64,000 nucleotides of DNA from Octopus vulgaris (GCA_951406725.2 OX597837.1:4836001-4900000), one strand, 5' to 3'. Shown: positions 12,415 through 27,320, numbered from the stretch's first letter. Numbers and translations are program-made. The notes: generated by a model from the sequence alone, not told the origin.

Positions 12415-15400
12415 TCACACGTGTATATATAGCAAGGTCATTATACATATACATACACATATATACAACTCATACGTGTATATATACTCATGTGTTTGTA
12501 TATATATATATATATATATGTATGTACATGTCATCATCATCATCGTTTAACGTCCGTTTTCCGCGCTAGCACGGGTTACATATACTCACACACGTGTGTG
12601 TATATATGTGTGTGTGTATATATATATATATGTATGTGCGTGTGTATATATATATATATGTGTGTGTTAGTGTGTATAATTTCACATCTATTTTGTTCCC
12701 TGTTGTCTAAAATTCCATGACACTTTCTCTGCGAAGATATTTTCTTTTTCGTGTACTTCTCCATTTCAACATTGTTTTTCTCTCTCATTCACACACACAC
12801 AAACAAACACAGAGTAGTTGTTGAAAACTTAACCCTTTTTTTCCTCTCAATCCTGCCCCTCAGAATCCTTTGCATTTAGAATTTTCCCACCTGATAATTT
12901 GGTCCTTACAGGTCTTCCTCATACAACTACACCACTACTACAACAGCTACGACAGCACCTACAACACCACCTCAATTAACTATATATTTCCTCTTCTTCG
13001 TCTGATTCTCTAACCACTGCCAATGACCAAGCTGGAGCAACTGTACATATGCTTGTTTCTGTTCCCTTCTCTTTGTCAATTTTTTTCTTTTTTTTTTTAA
13101 ATCATTTTTTTTTAATATCATAATGTGTTTCATATATACAGAGAAAATAGTATTAATGATTTCTTCGACAATAATAATAATAATAATAATAATAATGGAT
13201 TTCAAATTCTGGCAAAAGGCGAGCCATTTTGAGGGGAGGGGTAAGTTGATTACACAGACCCCCACCAGTCACTTCACTGGCACTTATCTTAACCAATACT
13301 GAAAGATGAAAGACAAAGCCGACCTCAGCAGCATTTGAACCCATAACAGAGAGCATTCCAGAAGAAACGCCACCAAGCATTTTGTCCACTGTGCTAACGA
13401 TGCTGCTAGTTCAACACTTGAGAAATAATAATAATAATAATAATGATGATAATGATAATAATAATCATTTAACATCTGCTTTCAATGCTGGCATGGGTTA
13501 GATGGTTTGACGGATGACTGACAAGCTGGGAGGCTGCAGCAAGCTCCAATCTGATTTGGCATGGTTTCTACAGCTGGATGCCCTTCCTAACAACGCCAAC
13601 CACTCCGAGAGTGTAAATGGTGCTTTAATAATTCTCTCTATTAATGGCACATGGCCTGAAATTTTGAATGGGGAGGGGGAACTGGTCAATTACATTAACA
13701 CCGATGGTCAACAGCTAATTATTTTTATCGACCCTGAAACGATGAACGACAAAGTCAGTCTCAGCAGAATTTGAACTCCTATGAAGATAGATGGAGGGCC
13801 ACTAAGCATTTTGCCTGACATGTTAACGATTTCGCCAGCTTGCCCCTTTAATAATAATAATAATAATAACAGGCACAGGCATCGCTGTGTGGTAAGAAGC
13901 TTGCTTGCCAACCTGATGGTTCCGGGTTCAGTCCCACTGCGTGGCACCTACTATAGCCTTGGGTTGACCACAGCTTTGTGAGTGGATTTGGTAGACAGAA
14001 ACTGAAAGAAGCCCATCATATATATATTTGTGTGTGTAGGGGTCCTTGTCTCTGTGGTTATCACTCATCCCCACTTGACAACTAGTGTTGGTCTACCCAT
14101 GTTCGTATAACTTAGTAGTTCAGCAAATGAACTGATAGAATAAGTACTACACTTAAAAAAAATATAAGTCCTGGGGTCAATTTGTTTGACTAAAGCCCTT
14201 CCAAGTGATACTCCAGTATGATTGCTGTCAAATAATAATAATTTATGGAACTGTAACACCTACAAAAATCATCAATGCTTGAAACTGCAAGAGTTCTCCA
14301 CAGGGTTCTTGAAGCATGTTCCGTAAACAAGTGTCACCATAGTTCTGCGGGGCCATGGACATCTGACCCTTTCCATCATAACCCAGTAAAATAAGCTGAG
14401 AGTTTTCATCAAATAATAATAATAATTTGGTTTTTTTTTCCAACTTCTTTCTACAATAGGCACAAGGCCTGAAATACTGTGGGAGGAGGGGACTAGTCAA
14501 CCACCCAGTGCATGACGGGTACTTATTTCATCGACCCTGAAAGGACGAAAGGCAACGTCAACCTTGGCAGCACTTCAACTTAAGAATATAAAAAGAGCCA
14601 ACCCAAATGCCTCTAAGTACTTTGTCCAACATGTTAATGATTGCGCCAGCTGAACACTTCAGAAATAATCACGACAATAATAATAATAATAATAAAAAAT
14701 GCCCTGATGTAGTACCAGGCAGTGGCTCTCATGGCTTCTGATCTTAACTGATTGGAAGTGTTATCATGTACATTGTTTTGTCTTGGTATAAAAGATGGGC
14801 TACAGCAAATATTCTGCTCAATACCACAGATTTGCTTGTTAGTTGTTTGACTTTAAACCAGTAGAGCATGTCCCTTAGAGGCTGACGATATGTGCATCTC
14901 TGATCACGAGCAGGAGTAGTGGGGGAGCATCATAGCCATGTGTTGAGAGGGATTCTTTGGGGTTTGAATAATTCACCTTTGGAAACATGGGTGTTTCGTT
15001 CAATATCCTTAAACAACTCTTATTCAGGGACCTTTTGAGCGGGATGGGCTACTCAACTAGCAATAACCACGCCTCGGATAACCCTCATTGGCTATGGTAC
15101 CGCCTCTGCGCAAAAATAATAATAATAATAATAATAATAGAAACAGAAATTTGAAGTTGTATTAACAATAGTAATTATACAGTTAAACGAATGGAAATTC
15201 TTCGATTACCAAATCACGTCACCTGGTATTTAGTGCCACCAAATCGAATTCTTTGGATTAAAGTCTTTTTCTTTTGTTTTCAAAATTATTATTAATGATA
15301 ATAATAATAATAACAGTGACATTGCATATGTACTTCAATGCATGTGTGCTCATAGAACAGTCTATATATATACATATATATATACACACACACACTCATG

Positions 15401-15884
15401 TATACATACTTCCATACATTTTATTTATATATACATATATACACACACATACAGGCCTACATATACGCTTACATACTTTTAGACATGACAATACATGTAC
15501 ACATACACACACAAACTAATGTGCATCCATATATATACACAGACACACATACACACATCAAATAACATGCCTATATATGCATATATCCAGACACACACGA
15601 TCATATATATGCCTGGCTATAAGAACTCAATTTCTAAAAAACCAATATTTTTCAATCAAAATCAAACAAAAAATTAAACAGAGCACCATGTGTGTTGTAG
15701 TTGTTGTTGCTGTTATTGTTGCTATCCAAAATATGACAAACTGTGTCTTGGAGTAGTTCCATACCGTTTACATTCGTCTGAGAGCACCGGAACTATTGGT
15801 TGGCAGCGGATCTGAGCAGCGGAACTGAGCAGCGGATCTGGCTCACCATTCTTACAAGACAACACACACACACACTACATATGC

Positions 15885-15929
<45 letters not shown>

Positions 15930-16157
15930 CATACACACACATATATATACATACACATATATATATATATATACATATATATACACATATATATACATAA
16001 ATATATATATATATACATATATACATACACACACACATCACGTAGTACAGATATATGTACACAAGTACACACACACACACATGTATATATATATATTATA
16101 TACACAAATTACTACAAACTACAGATACAAATATACACACTAATGTATAGAGACCTA

Positions 16158-16219
<62 letters not shown>

Positions 16220-16585
16220 TATATTACACACTGCAGATACATATAATATGCACGTGTATAAAAGCATATATATATATATATATATATAATGATACACACA
16301 CACACACAATGTTAGGAAAACACTACTGAAAGGAAGATCTGTCTGTGCGTCTCACGCACAACATTCAGAGATGCAGACACCCCCACACCACACCACACCA
16401 GCAGACAAAGATTCTGGGGTCAATGTTGCTGTTGTTATTGTTTTGGTTATTGTTGCGTTTTGTTGTTGTTGTTGTTGCATGGTTTTGTTTTTATTTTTCT
16501 TCTTTTGTTTTTTTGGGGGGTTTTGGTTTGTTTTTTTTTATTTTTTGGTATTTTAAATTACTTTCTGCATTTTCTTTTTGGTTTT

Positions 16586-16683
16586 TCAGTGGAATTCCTC
16601 CTGGTGACTTGTGTCCAAAGGTGGCGGGGCATCGGGCAGGTTTGGACGTACTCCACTGGTTAAGTAGCCAGCAACTCCAGGAC
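16586..16683 (-). CDS. DNAJC13: DNAJC13 terminal coding exon
   Basis: GPGVAGYLTSGVRPNLPDAPPPLDTSHQEEFH* with TGA; conserved GPGVAGYLT. Confidence 0.93.
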
Positions 16684-17612
16684 CTGAACAGGAAATGAAC
16701 AAAAAGAAGTATTTTTACATGAATACATATATATATATATATATATACATAAATATACACACATGTGAAGGCGCATGGCTCAGTGGTTAGAGCCATGACC
16801 TTACAATCGTGAGGTTGTGAGTTCAATTCCCGGACCGAGCTGCGTGTTGTGTTCTTGAGCAAGACACTTTATTTCACATTCTCTCAGCTGTAGAAATGAG
16901 TTGCAATGTCACTGATGCCAAGCTGTATAGGCCTTTGCCTTTTCCCTTGGATATCATCGGTGGTGCAGAGAGGGAAAGCTGGTATGCATGGGCAACTGCT
17001 GGTCTTCCATAAAAACAACCCTAGATTGTGCATTCAACAGTATGTTGTGTTTTTAAGCAAGACATCTTATTCCACATTGTTCCAGCCAACTCAGCTGGAA
17101 AAAATGAATAATAGCTGTATTTCAAAAGGTCAGCCTTGTCACATTCTGCATCACTCTGAATCAACCTGAGAGCTACGATAAGGACGTGTGTCTGTGAAGG
17201 GCTCAGCCATTTTCACTCTAACTTCATGAGTAGGCTGTTCCGCTGACCAGGCCGACTGGAACACCCATTGTCGTAACAGACAAAGTGCCAGTACTACACT
17301 GAGTTTCACCTGTGAGTGCACAGGATCTTCAAGCAAGCTGCAACTTACCTGAAGATCCAAACTGTTTGTCTAACCTTTATTCTTGTTTGTCTGTCTTTGA
17401 CAGGGTAAGCATCCAAGTACCACACATCAGACTAGACCCCTTAAGTGATACTGCCAATTTATTCACCAAAGGTTCGACCATGAAAGAACTGGTTTGACCT
17501 GACCCAATACAGAGCTAATTCATACAGAGTAACTATGGTCTGTCATTCTACTATATTCACCATATTCTAATACAAGCAACAGATGTCGTGCAAAGAAAGA
17601 TGGAGTTCTTAC

Positions 17613-17712
17613 CTGTTAGATACCCCGATATGTTGGCGTCTGATATGAAAAGATCGTGTTTTTGGTCCTTGTATTCTTTCCAAACAGTCGATTTATCTAA
17701 AATTGACGTCAC
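17613..17712 (-). CDS. DNAJC13: DNAJC13 exon
   Basis: VTSILDKSTVWKEYKDQKHDLFISDANISGYLT; conserved KDQKHDLFIS; AG/GT. Confidence 0.95.
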
Positions 17713-19054
17713 CTGGAAGGAAAAATGGATATGTATGAAATATCTTCTAACTTTTACTTGCAACAGTCATCAGACTGTGGCCATGCTGGGGCACAACCTT
17801 TAAGAGATTTTAATCAAATAAACATTCCCACAGTACTTTTTTTTTGTTTTAAGTACAGTACCTATTTTACAAGTTACCTTTGTTGAACTGCTAAGTTAGA
17901 GGGGGGTACATAAACACACCAACACTGGTTATCAAGTGATAGTGGGGGGAACAAACACATACATACTTTAACCTAACTTTCATTTCTTTACTAAAAAAAA
18001 ATATGATGAGCGGTCATGGCTGGAGTGCCAGCCCAAAGGTTGGAGTGGGCTGCACCTACCTACCTCAGTTGCTATGGCATTGAGGTAGATCCAGCCATCC
18101 CTGTTACTGGGGACAAAGCCCGGATTTAAAACACTGGATGACGATGACGATGACAAACACACACACACACACAAAATGGGCTTCTTTCAGTTTCCGTCTA
18201 CCAAATCTACTCACAGGGATTTGGTCAGCTTAAGACTATAAGCACAAGTGCCACACAGTGGGACTGAACCCAGAACCATGTGAATAAGAAGCAAACTTCT
18301 TACCATGCAGCCACACCTACAACTATATGTCAAGCATTTTCAAATGACTTAATGAAAGTAAATGAAGCAGAAGTGAGGGGGGGGAGAATTCGTTAAGAAT
18401 TCTCAAAACAGTAACCAAACTTACAGTCTGGTGCTAACAGTTTGGCCCCTTACAACTTGGTACCCTTTAACCTACCTCTTGTTCCTTTACCAAAAAAACA
18501 AAATAGTATGATGAGTGGTCATGGCTGGAGCTTTTAGCTTTTGATTATTGTTCTGTTCAATCAGAGCTGACCTGGAGCTGAAGAACAACGACTATAAACC
18601 ACTTGATTTGCTAGAAATAGCAGCCAAATATTCCTCAAATCTTTGTTTTTGTTTAAAGGAGGACTGGATAATGTAGTCCACTCATCATCATCGTTTAATG
18701 TACGTTTTCCATGCTAGCATGGGTTGGATGGTTCAACTGGGGTCTGGGAAGCCAGGAGGCTGCACCAGGCTCCAGTGTGATCTGACAGTGTTTCTACAGC
18801 TGGATGTCCTTCCTAACGCCAACCACTCCGTGAGTGTAGTGGGTGCTTTTCAAGTGCCAGAGTAGGCTGGCAATGGCCACAATCGGTTGGTGCTTTTTAC
18901 ATGCCACCGGCACAGAAGCCAGTCAACTGTTAATAAAAAAATAATACAGGGTGGTCATGGATGAAAGGCTTTAATCCCAGGTCCGTTCTATTAAGGTTAA
19001 TATGGATCTAAACAACAACTAGTTTGTGGATTCTGAAGAGGGGTTCCATCTTAC

Positions 19055-19195
19055 CTGTTCACCATACAATAGACTTCTCTGCATACACTTCAGGGCCTTC
19101 ACAATCTGAGCTTTGGTAGCAGCAGGGTTTTCTGTAGCTTCTAGAGGATTCTGTAGCACCCACAGCAGGAATGCTATCAGCTCATGTTTGATTGC
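19055..19195 (-). CDS. DNAJC13: DNAJC13 exon
   Basis: [47 protein letters not shown]; AAG acceptor, GT donor. Confidence 0.92.
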
Positions 19196-21773
19196 CTTGA
19201 TAGATCAAAGAGAGAGAGAGAGAGAGAGATTAAGGTAGTGAGGTAAGTTAGATAGACATATATAAGACAAATTTGCTGGACAGGCAGGTGAAATAGAGAG
19301 GCAGACAAGAGAATGGGACAGAGAGGTAGGGGGGATAAAGAAGGAGGTTAGACAGATATAGATGATTTTTATTGCCCACAAGTGGCCAATATAGATTGGA
19401 CAATACAAAGACATGTGGGGGCATATAACACAAAACTTAGAGAAGGAAATATAAGACAGACAAGAGATGAGATAGAGAGGCAGGTAAAGTTGATAGATAA
19501 AGACATGTTAGAGGGATAGACAGATTAGATAAAGAGACACAGAAAAGATGGAGAAACAGACAGGAGATTAAAAAGAAGAGACAGACAGAGAGAGAGATTA
19601 GACAGACACAGAAGTTAGACAAAGAGGGAAGGATAGAGAAATATACACATAGGCGCAGGAGTGGCTGTGTGGTAAGTAGCTTGCTTACGAACCACATGGT
19701 TCCAAGTTTAGTCCCACTGCGTGGCACCTTGGGCAAGTGTCTTCTACTATAGCTCCAGCATCGGTTCTCAAGCGATGTTGGGGGGACAAACACAGACACA
19801 CAAACACACACATATATATAGAGATACATTTACACGACGGGCTTCTATATATATGTGTGTGTTTGTGTGTCTGTGTTTGTCCCCCTAGCGTCGCTTGACA
19901 ACCAATGCTGGTGTGTTTACGTCCCCGTAACTTAGTGGTTCGGCAAAAAAGAGACCGATCGAATAAGTACTGGGCTTAAAAAGAATAAGTTCCGGGGTCA
20001 ATTTGATCAACTAAAGGCGGTGCTCCAGCATGGCCACAGTCAAAATGACTGTGAAACAAGTAAAAGAGTAAGAGAGACAAGAAATATGATAGACTGAGGT
20101 AGATAAGAGACAGACAGGTTAAACAAATGGACAAGGACAAGACAAACTGGTTCTTTGTTTCGACAATGAGGGTCCCAGTTGATCTAGACCTTGGTCATGA
20201 AATTAAAGTGCAAGTGGCTGAGTGCTCCACAGATACGTGTAGCCTTTGGGTAGTTCTCGGGGAGATTCAGCTTGACACAGAGTGTGACAAGGCTGGCCCT
20301 TTTGAAATACAGGTACTAATCATTTTTGCCAGCTGAGAGGGCTGGAGCAACGTGAAATAAAGTGTCTTGCTCAAGGACACAATGTCCTGCCAGAAATTGA
20401 ACTCACGACCTCACGATCGTCAGCCGAATACCCTAACCACTGAGCCACGCGCCTCCACAAACACAGTAGATGGAAGCTGTGTGGAAAAATAGTGTATGTG
20501 TGTGTGTGTGCGCACATACATATATATATATATATATTTACTCTTTTACTTGTTTCAGTCATTTGACTGTGGCCATGCTGGAGCACTGCCTTATAGTCGA
20601 GCGAATCAACCCCCCCAGGACTTATTCTTTATAAGCCAAGTACTTATTCTATCGGTCTCTTTTGCCGAACTGCTAAGTTACGGGGACGTAAACACACCAG
20701 CACCAGTTGTCAAGCAATGTTTTGGGGGACAAACACAGACACACACATATTTATATATACGATGGGCTTCTTTCTGTTTCTGTCTACAGCACCTTGGGCA
20801 GGTATCTTCTACTAATAGTCCCATTTGGTAGACAGAAACTGAGTGGAAGAAGATCGTGGGTGTGGGTGTTTGTGTGAGTATGTAACCATGTTGGTTTGTT
20901 TACATCCCTGTAAGTTAGTAGTTCCGCAAAAGGAACCAGGAGAATGAGTACCGAATTTAAACAAGGACTGGGGTTGATTTCTTCAACCAATCCTGCAAGT
21001 TGGTGCCCCAGCATGGCCACAGCCTGCAGTGACTGAGACGAAGGGATGAATACAGATAACTAGATGTAAAGGGAGATAACTTAGTGATCAAACTACAAGG
21101 CGGTATTTTCGTCACTGCCGCAATTTAACTCCCTTTGGCATCACGTGCGCCCACACACGTGCATATACATACGTATGACAGGCTTCCGAACAGTTTCCGT
21201 CAACGATATTTTAATAATAAAAGCAGTTTTTGCAGATCCAAGATTAGGGAATATTTCTGCAAAGTGCTGCGAAGCAAGACCAAACCCAGAAGTTATACAG
21301 TTGCAAATTAGACTTCTTAACCACAAAAACCAATCTTATCCGATGATATATACCCCTGGGTCAAGTTTACTAAAGTGGGCCTCTGTGCCGGTGGCACGTA
21401 AAATGCACCATCCGATCGTGGCTGTTTGCCAGCCTTGCCTGGCCCCCGTGCTGGTGGCACGTAAAAAGCACCATCCGATCGTGGCCGTTTGCCAGCCTCG
21501 TCTGGCACCTGTGCAGGTGGCACGTAAAAAACCACCCACTACACTCACGGAGTGGTTGGTGTTAGGAAGGGCATCCAGCCATAGAAACACTGCCAGATCA
21601 GACTGGAGCCTAGTGCAGCCTTCTGGCTTCCCAGACCCCAGTTGAACCGTCCAACCCATGCTAGCATTGAAAACGGACGTTAAACGATGATGATGATGAC
21701 GACTACTGAGTCCCATTCCATCTTCGTATTATGATGCGGTACACCAATGTGAAACAGAGAAACAAATACAAAC

Positions 21774-21914
21774 CTGTGAAACAAGTTCCTCTTCGCCTTT
21801 CTCAAACATTTTGGCCAAGCTCTCAGCAGCATATACGATCATATCTTTACGAGTCTTCATGCCAGCTTTCAGAGAGCCTATACACTCTATTGAGCCCATG
21901 CTCCGTATACATAA
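21774..21914 (-). CDS. DNAJC13: DNAJC13 exon
   Basis: LCIRSMGSIECIGSLKAGMKTRKDMIVYAAESLAKMFEKGEEELVSQ; AG/GT. Confidence 0.93.
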
Positions 21915-22072
21915 CTGCAACAGAAGAAGGTAACAGAGGGGAGAGATAACTAACACATGTGATGACGTAAAAGAGTGTATTGTCAGAATACTGGAAGATA
22001 TTAGTAGAGTTTTGTCATAAAACTAAGATGTAATGAAGTGTTCTCATTCACTAAGATGTGAGGAGAGTGTTG

Positions 22073-22503
22073 GGATCTTTTCGGTTTGACCGGCAGATTT
22101 TTAAAATAATTTCTTTGTAACTAAACACTTTTAAACTTCGTATACTGGTAGAATGTGTTTATAAAACATCTTTTTCTCTTGGCTTTATTGAGAAAATTCT
22201 ATAGTTTGTAAGATATTTGTTGCTTTTTCTTCTTCAATTTCTGCAATTTCAACCAATCACTGACGTCTATTGAGGTAAAAAAAACATTCTGTGCTGTATG
22301 AATATGTCCCTCGTTTAAGAAACAGATTGGGTTTATTTACATTTGTGAAGAAAAAAAAGATACCCTTCTCCCCACCCCTAACCCTAACTAACCTTAACCC
22401 GAAAAGAGATTGAAATGCAATAGATCGATTCTAGGGTCATAATTATGGGTGACAATTTCATATGACACCGCTAGAAAAACTGCTGTTCAAACCGAAAAGA
22501 TCC
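22073..22503. mobile_element. Same MITE family, copy 2
   Basis: Near-identical to 3997-4407; no clear TSD. Confidence 0.88.
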
Positions 22504-22741
22504 GACCTTAAGATGTGCAGATAGTGTTGTCATTAAAATCTGAGTTGTGAAGAAAGGTGTCATATATATTAGACATACTCTACGTGTCATAATGTTAGAT
22601 ATGAAAAACATGTCAGAGAGAAAACTGAACTTTACTCGCAATTCGTCAACTAATTAAGTTTATGTTATACTGTCATACATGAAAGAAGAATCAATCAGAA
22701 GAGTCAACCAGAGAGAGAGAGAGAGAGAGAATGTTGCTTAC

Positions 22742-22921
22742 CTCACTATTGCTCAGCTGGTGAAGAATTTGAATGGCAGATTTGGGTATAGCTGGGTTTT
22801 TGGCATGCATCACTTGGAATATATGGGGAATGTAGCCAAGGCCAGGGACTTGGTCGAGTAACCCAACCTGTGATTGGAATAGGCACACCAGTGCCATCGT
22901 CACTGTCTCCAAAATTTCACC
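22742..22921 (-). CDS. DNAJC13: DNAJC13 exon
   Basis: GEILETVTMALVCLFQSQVGLLDQVPGLGYIP...IPKSAIQILHQLSNSE; AG/GT. Confidence 0.94.
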
Positions 22922-23029
22922 CTGTGTAGAATAACAGGAAAAATATAAACATCAAAGAAAAATACATCAATTAATAAAGCACTGTTCATGCCAGCATGAT
23001 GTCTTGCAAACAACTTGCACATGCAAGTG

Positions 23030-23420
23030 CTACCAGTCAAAAGCTCTGTATACCGAAAGCCAGCAAGTGTATGGGGTCATCAGGAGAGAATGCGCACCGT
23101 TTCAGGGCCTACCTCTCGACGGCATCAATGCGCACCTGCCCCCCTCACTGACTGAGGCCCCGCTTGCTAGATCAGCTGGTTATGAAGTTAAGCTCAATAT
23201 CCTTCTAGTCATCGCTCATCGTCTCTTTTTAACCAAATCCAGTGGCTAGCCTTCTCCATTGTAGATTGGATATCAGTCATGGTGGTATTGACTTTACGAT
23301 GAGTTAGGCCTAACGATAACAACAGTCGTCTCACACTGTGTCCAACAAACCTTCTACATCCGACTTTGATAGGAAAATGTTCCGCTTTCTAGCCTGCGTC
23401 TTCACATTCCTTGAGGAATG
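23030..23420 (-). mobile_element. Hero/NeSL-like RLE LINE 3' remnant
   Basis: IKVGCRRFVGHSVRRLLLSLGL...EKASHWIWLKRDD resembles the C-terminus of RLE elements. Confidence 0.6.
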
Positions 23421-23929
23421 ACCGTTAAATGATGATGATGTGGTTTAGCACCAGGTTGGCCCTGAGAAAATTGAACTATATTCAAAGGCATTCCAACCAT
23501 GACTAACCTGTCTTCTTTTCATTCTCCGGACAGAGTATCTATGACCACATTATGCAATGTGGACTTTTAAAAAGATTGGTGTTACATGTGGAATTTGGCT
23601 GTTATTTTTTACAGGCCGTGATGTAGAGGCTTCAATGTTGCCTAATTATTATAATCATCATTTGATAGGATAATAGAAAATGTCTAATTCAATAATGAAC
23701 TGAAGTGCTGTCACAAGTCACAGTAAAGTATAGAGTGTATGTCTATGAAAACAAAGTAGTAAGATGCCGTGGTAAGGATATCATAATACAGTAAGTTGTC
23801 ACAGTAGCAATGTCATAACACAGCTAAGAAATCACAGTAGTGATGTCATAATATAGTAAGCTATCACAGTAGTGATGTCATAACACAATAAATCAATGTA
23901 TTTTACATAGTGTGTTTGAAACTGGTGCC

Positions 23930-24070
23930 CCACCAACATGAAGGTGACACTCAAAAACATGAAGGTAGCACCTCCAACAATATGAAGGTGACACCCCTGA
24001 CAACATGAAGGCGACACTCAACAACATGGTGTATCCTCCAGCATGAAGGTGACACACCCCCACAACATAA
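23930..24070. repeat. ~21-bp minisatellite CAACATGAAGGTGACAC...
   Basis: About 6 tandem units just 3' (in transcript sense) of a DNAJC13 donor. Confidence 0.8.
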
Positions 24071-24153
24071 GTGACGCACACACAGCCCAGCCCCACAACA
24101 ATGACCCCAGTTCAATAAGTGGAACTAGTAAAAGGAAAGTGAAAGGAACTTAC

Positions 24154-24370
24154 ATCTGGGGATCTATCTTCAATAAGGCGAACCCATTTCTCCATTAGCT
24201 CCGTCAGAAATTCCTTAGGCTTCCGTAGGACCCAACTGGGATTTGCAATGAACAGTCGTAAGAAGACACCTCCGATCGCAAGTTCTCCCTGCACGTCAGA
24301 GTAAACCATGGCAAAGTCATCTGGGAGGCTCCATCTGGTGTCAGGGTTGTCTCTTTGGGCACGATAATGT
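24154..24370 (-). CDS. DNAJC13: DNAJC13 exon
   Basis: HYRAQRDNPDTRWSLPDDFAMVYSDVQGELAIGGVFLRLFIANPSWVLRKPKEFL...RSPD; AG/GT; needs a phase-2 upstream exon. Confidence 0.94.
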
Positions 24371-25084
24371 CTGCAATAGAAAAAGACAATACATACAGAC
24401 ACGTGTATGTGTGTGTGTGTGTGTGTGTGTAAAAAAAGCACTAGCGATGGTGACATGTAAAAAGCACCCAGTACACTATGTAAAGTGGTTAGAAAGGGCA
24501 TCCAGCTGTAGAAAACAGCTGCTGAGCAACCCACAGACACTTGTACCTATTTATTTACTACCCACAAGGGGCTAAACACAGAGAGGACAAACATGGACAG
24601 ACAAATGGTTTAAGTCGATTATATCGACCGCAGTGCGTAACTGGTACTTATTTAATTGACCCCGATTAAATAAGTGCTAACGATTCTGCCAGTTCGCCGC
24701 CTTAAAGCCAGTTCACTGCCTTGTACAGACACTTGTACCCTTAATGTAATTCTTAGGGAGATTCAGCATGACACAGAGTGTAACGAGGCCGGACCTTTGA
24801 AATACAGGTACTACTCAATTTTTGCCAGCTGAGTGGACAGGAGCAAAGTGAAATAAAGTGCCTTGCTCAGGGACACAACATGCTGCCAGGACTTGAACTC
24901 ATGACCTTTATCATCATGAGCTGAATACCTTAACCACTAAGCCATGTGTCTTCACTTCAGCTGTAGAAACCAAGTCAAGACAGACAATTAAACCAGGGGT
25001 GACCCCTGAACTTGCTAGTTCCTGTCAAGCCAGCATGGAAAATGGACATTAAATGACGGTGATGATGACGGTGTGTGCGTATGT

Positions 25085-25123
<39 letters not shown>

Positions 25124-25264
25124 AGAAAATGGAGAAATACATCTAAATCAAATATCAATTACCAGATAATACTCAATCACATACTTTATTAAACCACCAC
25201 TAGCAGTATTTTGGATATATGTTATCCCATGGAGGGTTGCATTTACAACCCCTATCTCAATTTG

Positions 25265-25295
<31 letters not shown>

Positions 25296-27104
25296 TTAGA
25301 AATTTCTATTGGTTTGTTTTGAGACATAAATTATAATGGTTATTGACAATTTTTTTTTTCGGCATATTTGGCATTAGAATTTTTCTTTTGCCCTTATCTT
25401 GTAAATTATTTATAAATTTAACTTTAAAGGTATTTTTTTCCTACATTAGTTACAAAATATATTTATATCCTGCAAAAATAGGATATTAGTTACGCTTTAA
25501 AGGTACGCATACAAGACTCCAGGAGCTCCAACAAAACCCGTGATAAAGAAAATAGTAATGATGATAATGATTTCAAATTTTGGCACAAGGCCAGCGAGTT
25601 GGGGGAAGTGGGTGATTCTATTAAATCAACTGGTACTTATTTTATCGACCCTGAAAAGATGACAGGTAAAGTTGACTTCGGCGGAATTTGAAGTCAGAAC
25701 GCGCAGACAGACTAAATGCCGAATAGTAATCATGTATTGGTGCGTGATTTTTGGGCCTATCCTGTATATTTGTGTCTAAGTGTATGTATGTATGTAGACT
25801 TATATTAATTTGTGTGTATATGTGTGTCAATGTCTGAGAATGTGTTTGCGTATGTATTTGTGTGCGTATCTAATTTTGGGTTCTGTGCTTGGAATCTGCT
25901 CTTTAGATTTTCATTTAAATATTGTTTCATACCATTTACATGGTTCATGTAGTCGGAGGAGATTGGTGATTAAGATCAAAACTAAATCTACAAATATAAT
26001 TCTATTTATATATACTGAGAGCTGGTCTTTACACTCTCCTATTATAATGATATTCCCCTGAACTAAATGTTATTCACACTTTGATGTTTTTCAATCATGT
26101 CTGTCTACTGTAGGTAGTAATGTACTTCTGTTTGCATTATAAGATTATATTACCGGCCCGATATCACAATGGAGACTCTGAATGATGTCTAAGCCTGATA
26201 AAAATAGCAGCCAAATTTCCTTTATGTTACACCATGCCTTTTTAAAAAAGAAAAGACAGATTAGATAATATAATTCCAGAAACACTTGACAGTCTCTCAT
26301 GAAATAACTTTGATAATATTTTCAGCTCAACCAGCATTAATCTGGAATTACATATAATGTATTCCTAGATAGACAATGGTCCCTCCATATTTTCTAGCCA
26401 ACTAGGGTTGATCTAGAGTTAGACAACAACAAAAAAACAACAACAGCAAATATATTATTCTGACACTTTTGTGTTAATTCTTTTAACATTAATTTTGGGT
26501 GACTCATGTCTCTCAGCCTGCTAAAAATGACAGCCAGATTTCCATTAATTTATATACTGTCCCTCAAAAAGGAAGAATATATTACATACTGTTGTCCTTG
26601 ATTATTTGTTTAGAAGAGGGGGTGATAATGAAACTCCAGATACACGTGATGGTCTCTTCTGGAGCAATCGTGATTATGTCTCGCCAAACATAGCTGACCT
26701 AAGATTAAGTAACAACAATAATACTATTGACACCTAATCCTTCTTGCATTATTAATCTTGGCCTCTATACTCAAACTGCTAGTAATAACAACCAAACCCA
26801 AGGCGGCGTACTGACAGAATCGTAAGCCCGCGGGCAAAATTCTTGGCGACAGTTCGTCTGTTTTTACGTTCTGACTTCAAATTCTTCCAAGGTCGACTTT
26901 ACCTTTCATCCTTTCGGGGTCGATGAAAAAAGTAACAGTCGCGTACCGAGATCGATGTAATCGACATACCCACTCACCAGAAATTGCTGGCATTGTGCCA
27001 AAATTTGAAATTAATATTAAGCATAGAAAAAAGTCTGAAACTACAGAGGAAAGTCTGATACTAATTTTTGAATATGTATATACGTTCAGTTTTGGGCATA
27101 GCAA

Positions 27105-27320
27105 AAGCGGGCAGCAGGCAGAACCGTTAGGACACCGAGCTAAATTCTTAGCGGCATTTCGTCTGTCTTTACGTTCTGAGTTCAAATTCCGTCGAAGTCG
27201 ACTTTGCTTTTCATCCTTTCGGGTTCGATAAAATAAGTACAAGTCGCGTACTGGGGTCGATGTAGTCGATTTACTCCCTCCTCGGAAATTGCTAGCCTTG
27301 TGCCAAAATTTGAAACCAAT
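27105..27320 (+). mobile_element. SINE family D (CORE/MIR-like), one of many copies
   Basis: ...CTGAGTTCAAATTCCG..GTCGACTTTGC.TTTCATCCTTTCGGG.TCGATAAA..AAGTAC..; copies near 13200-13850, 26800, 43200-44070, 59115, 59940-60890. Confidence 0.75.

Noticed and set aside
14243-14500. Minus-strand 85-aa ORF with a non-repetitive core
   Set aside because: No recognisable homology; begins inside a SINE; probably UTR or intergenic sequence
26328-26360. Plus-strand QPALIWNL as a candidate for the missing IWN exon
   Set aside because: Wrong strand, no flanking similarity and no suitable splice sites
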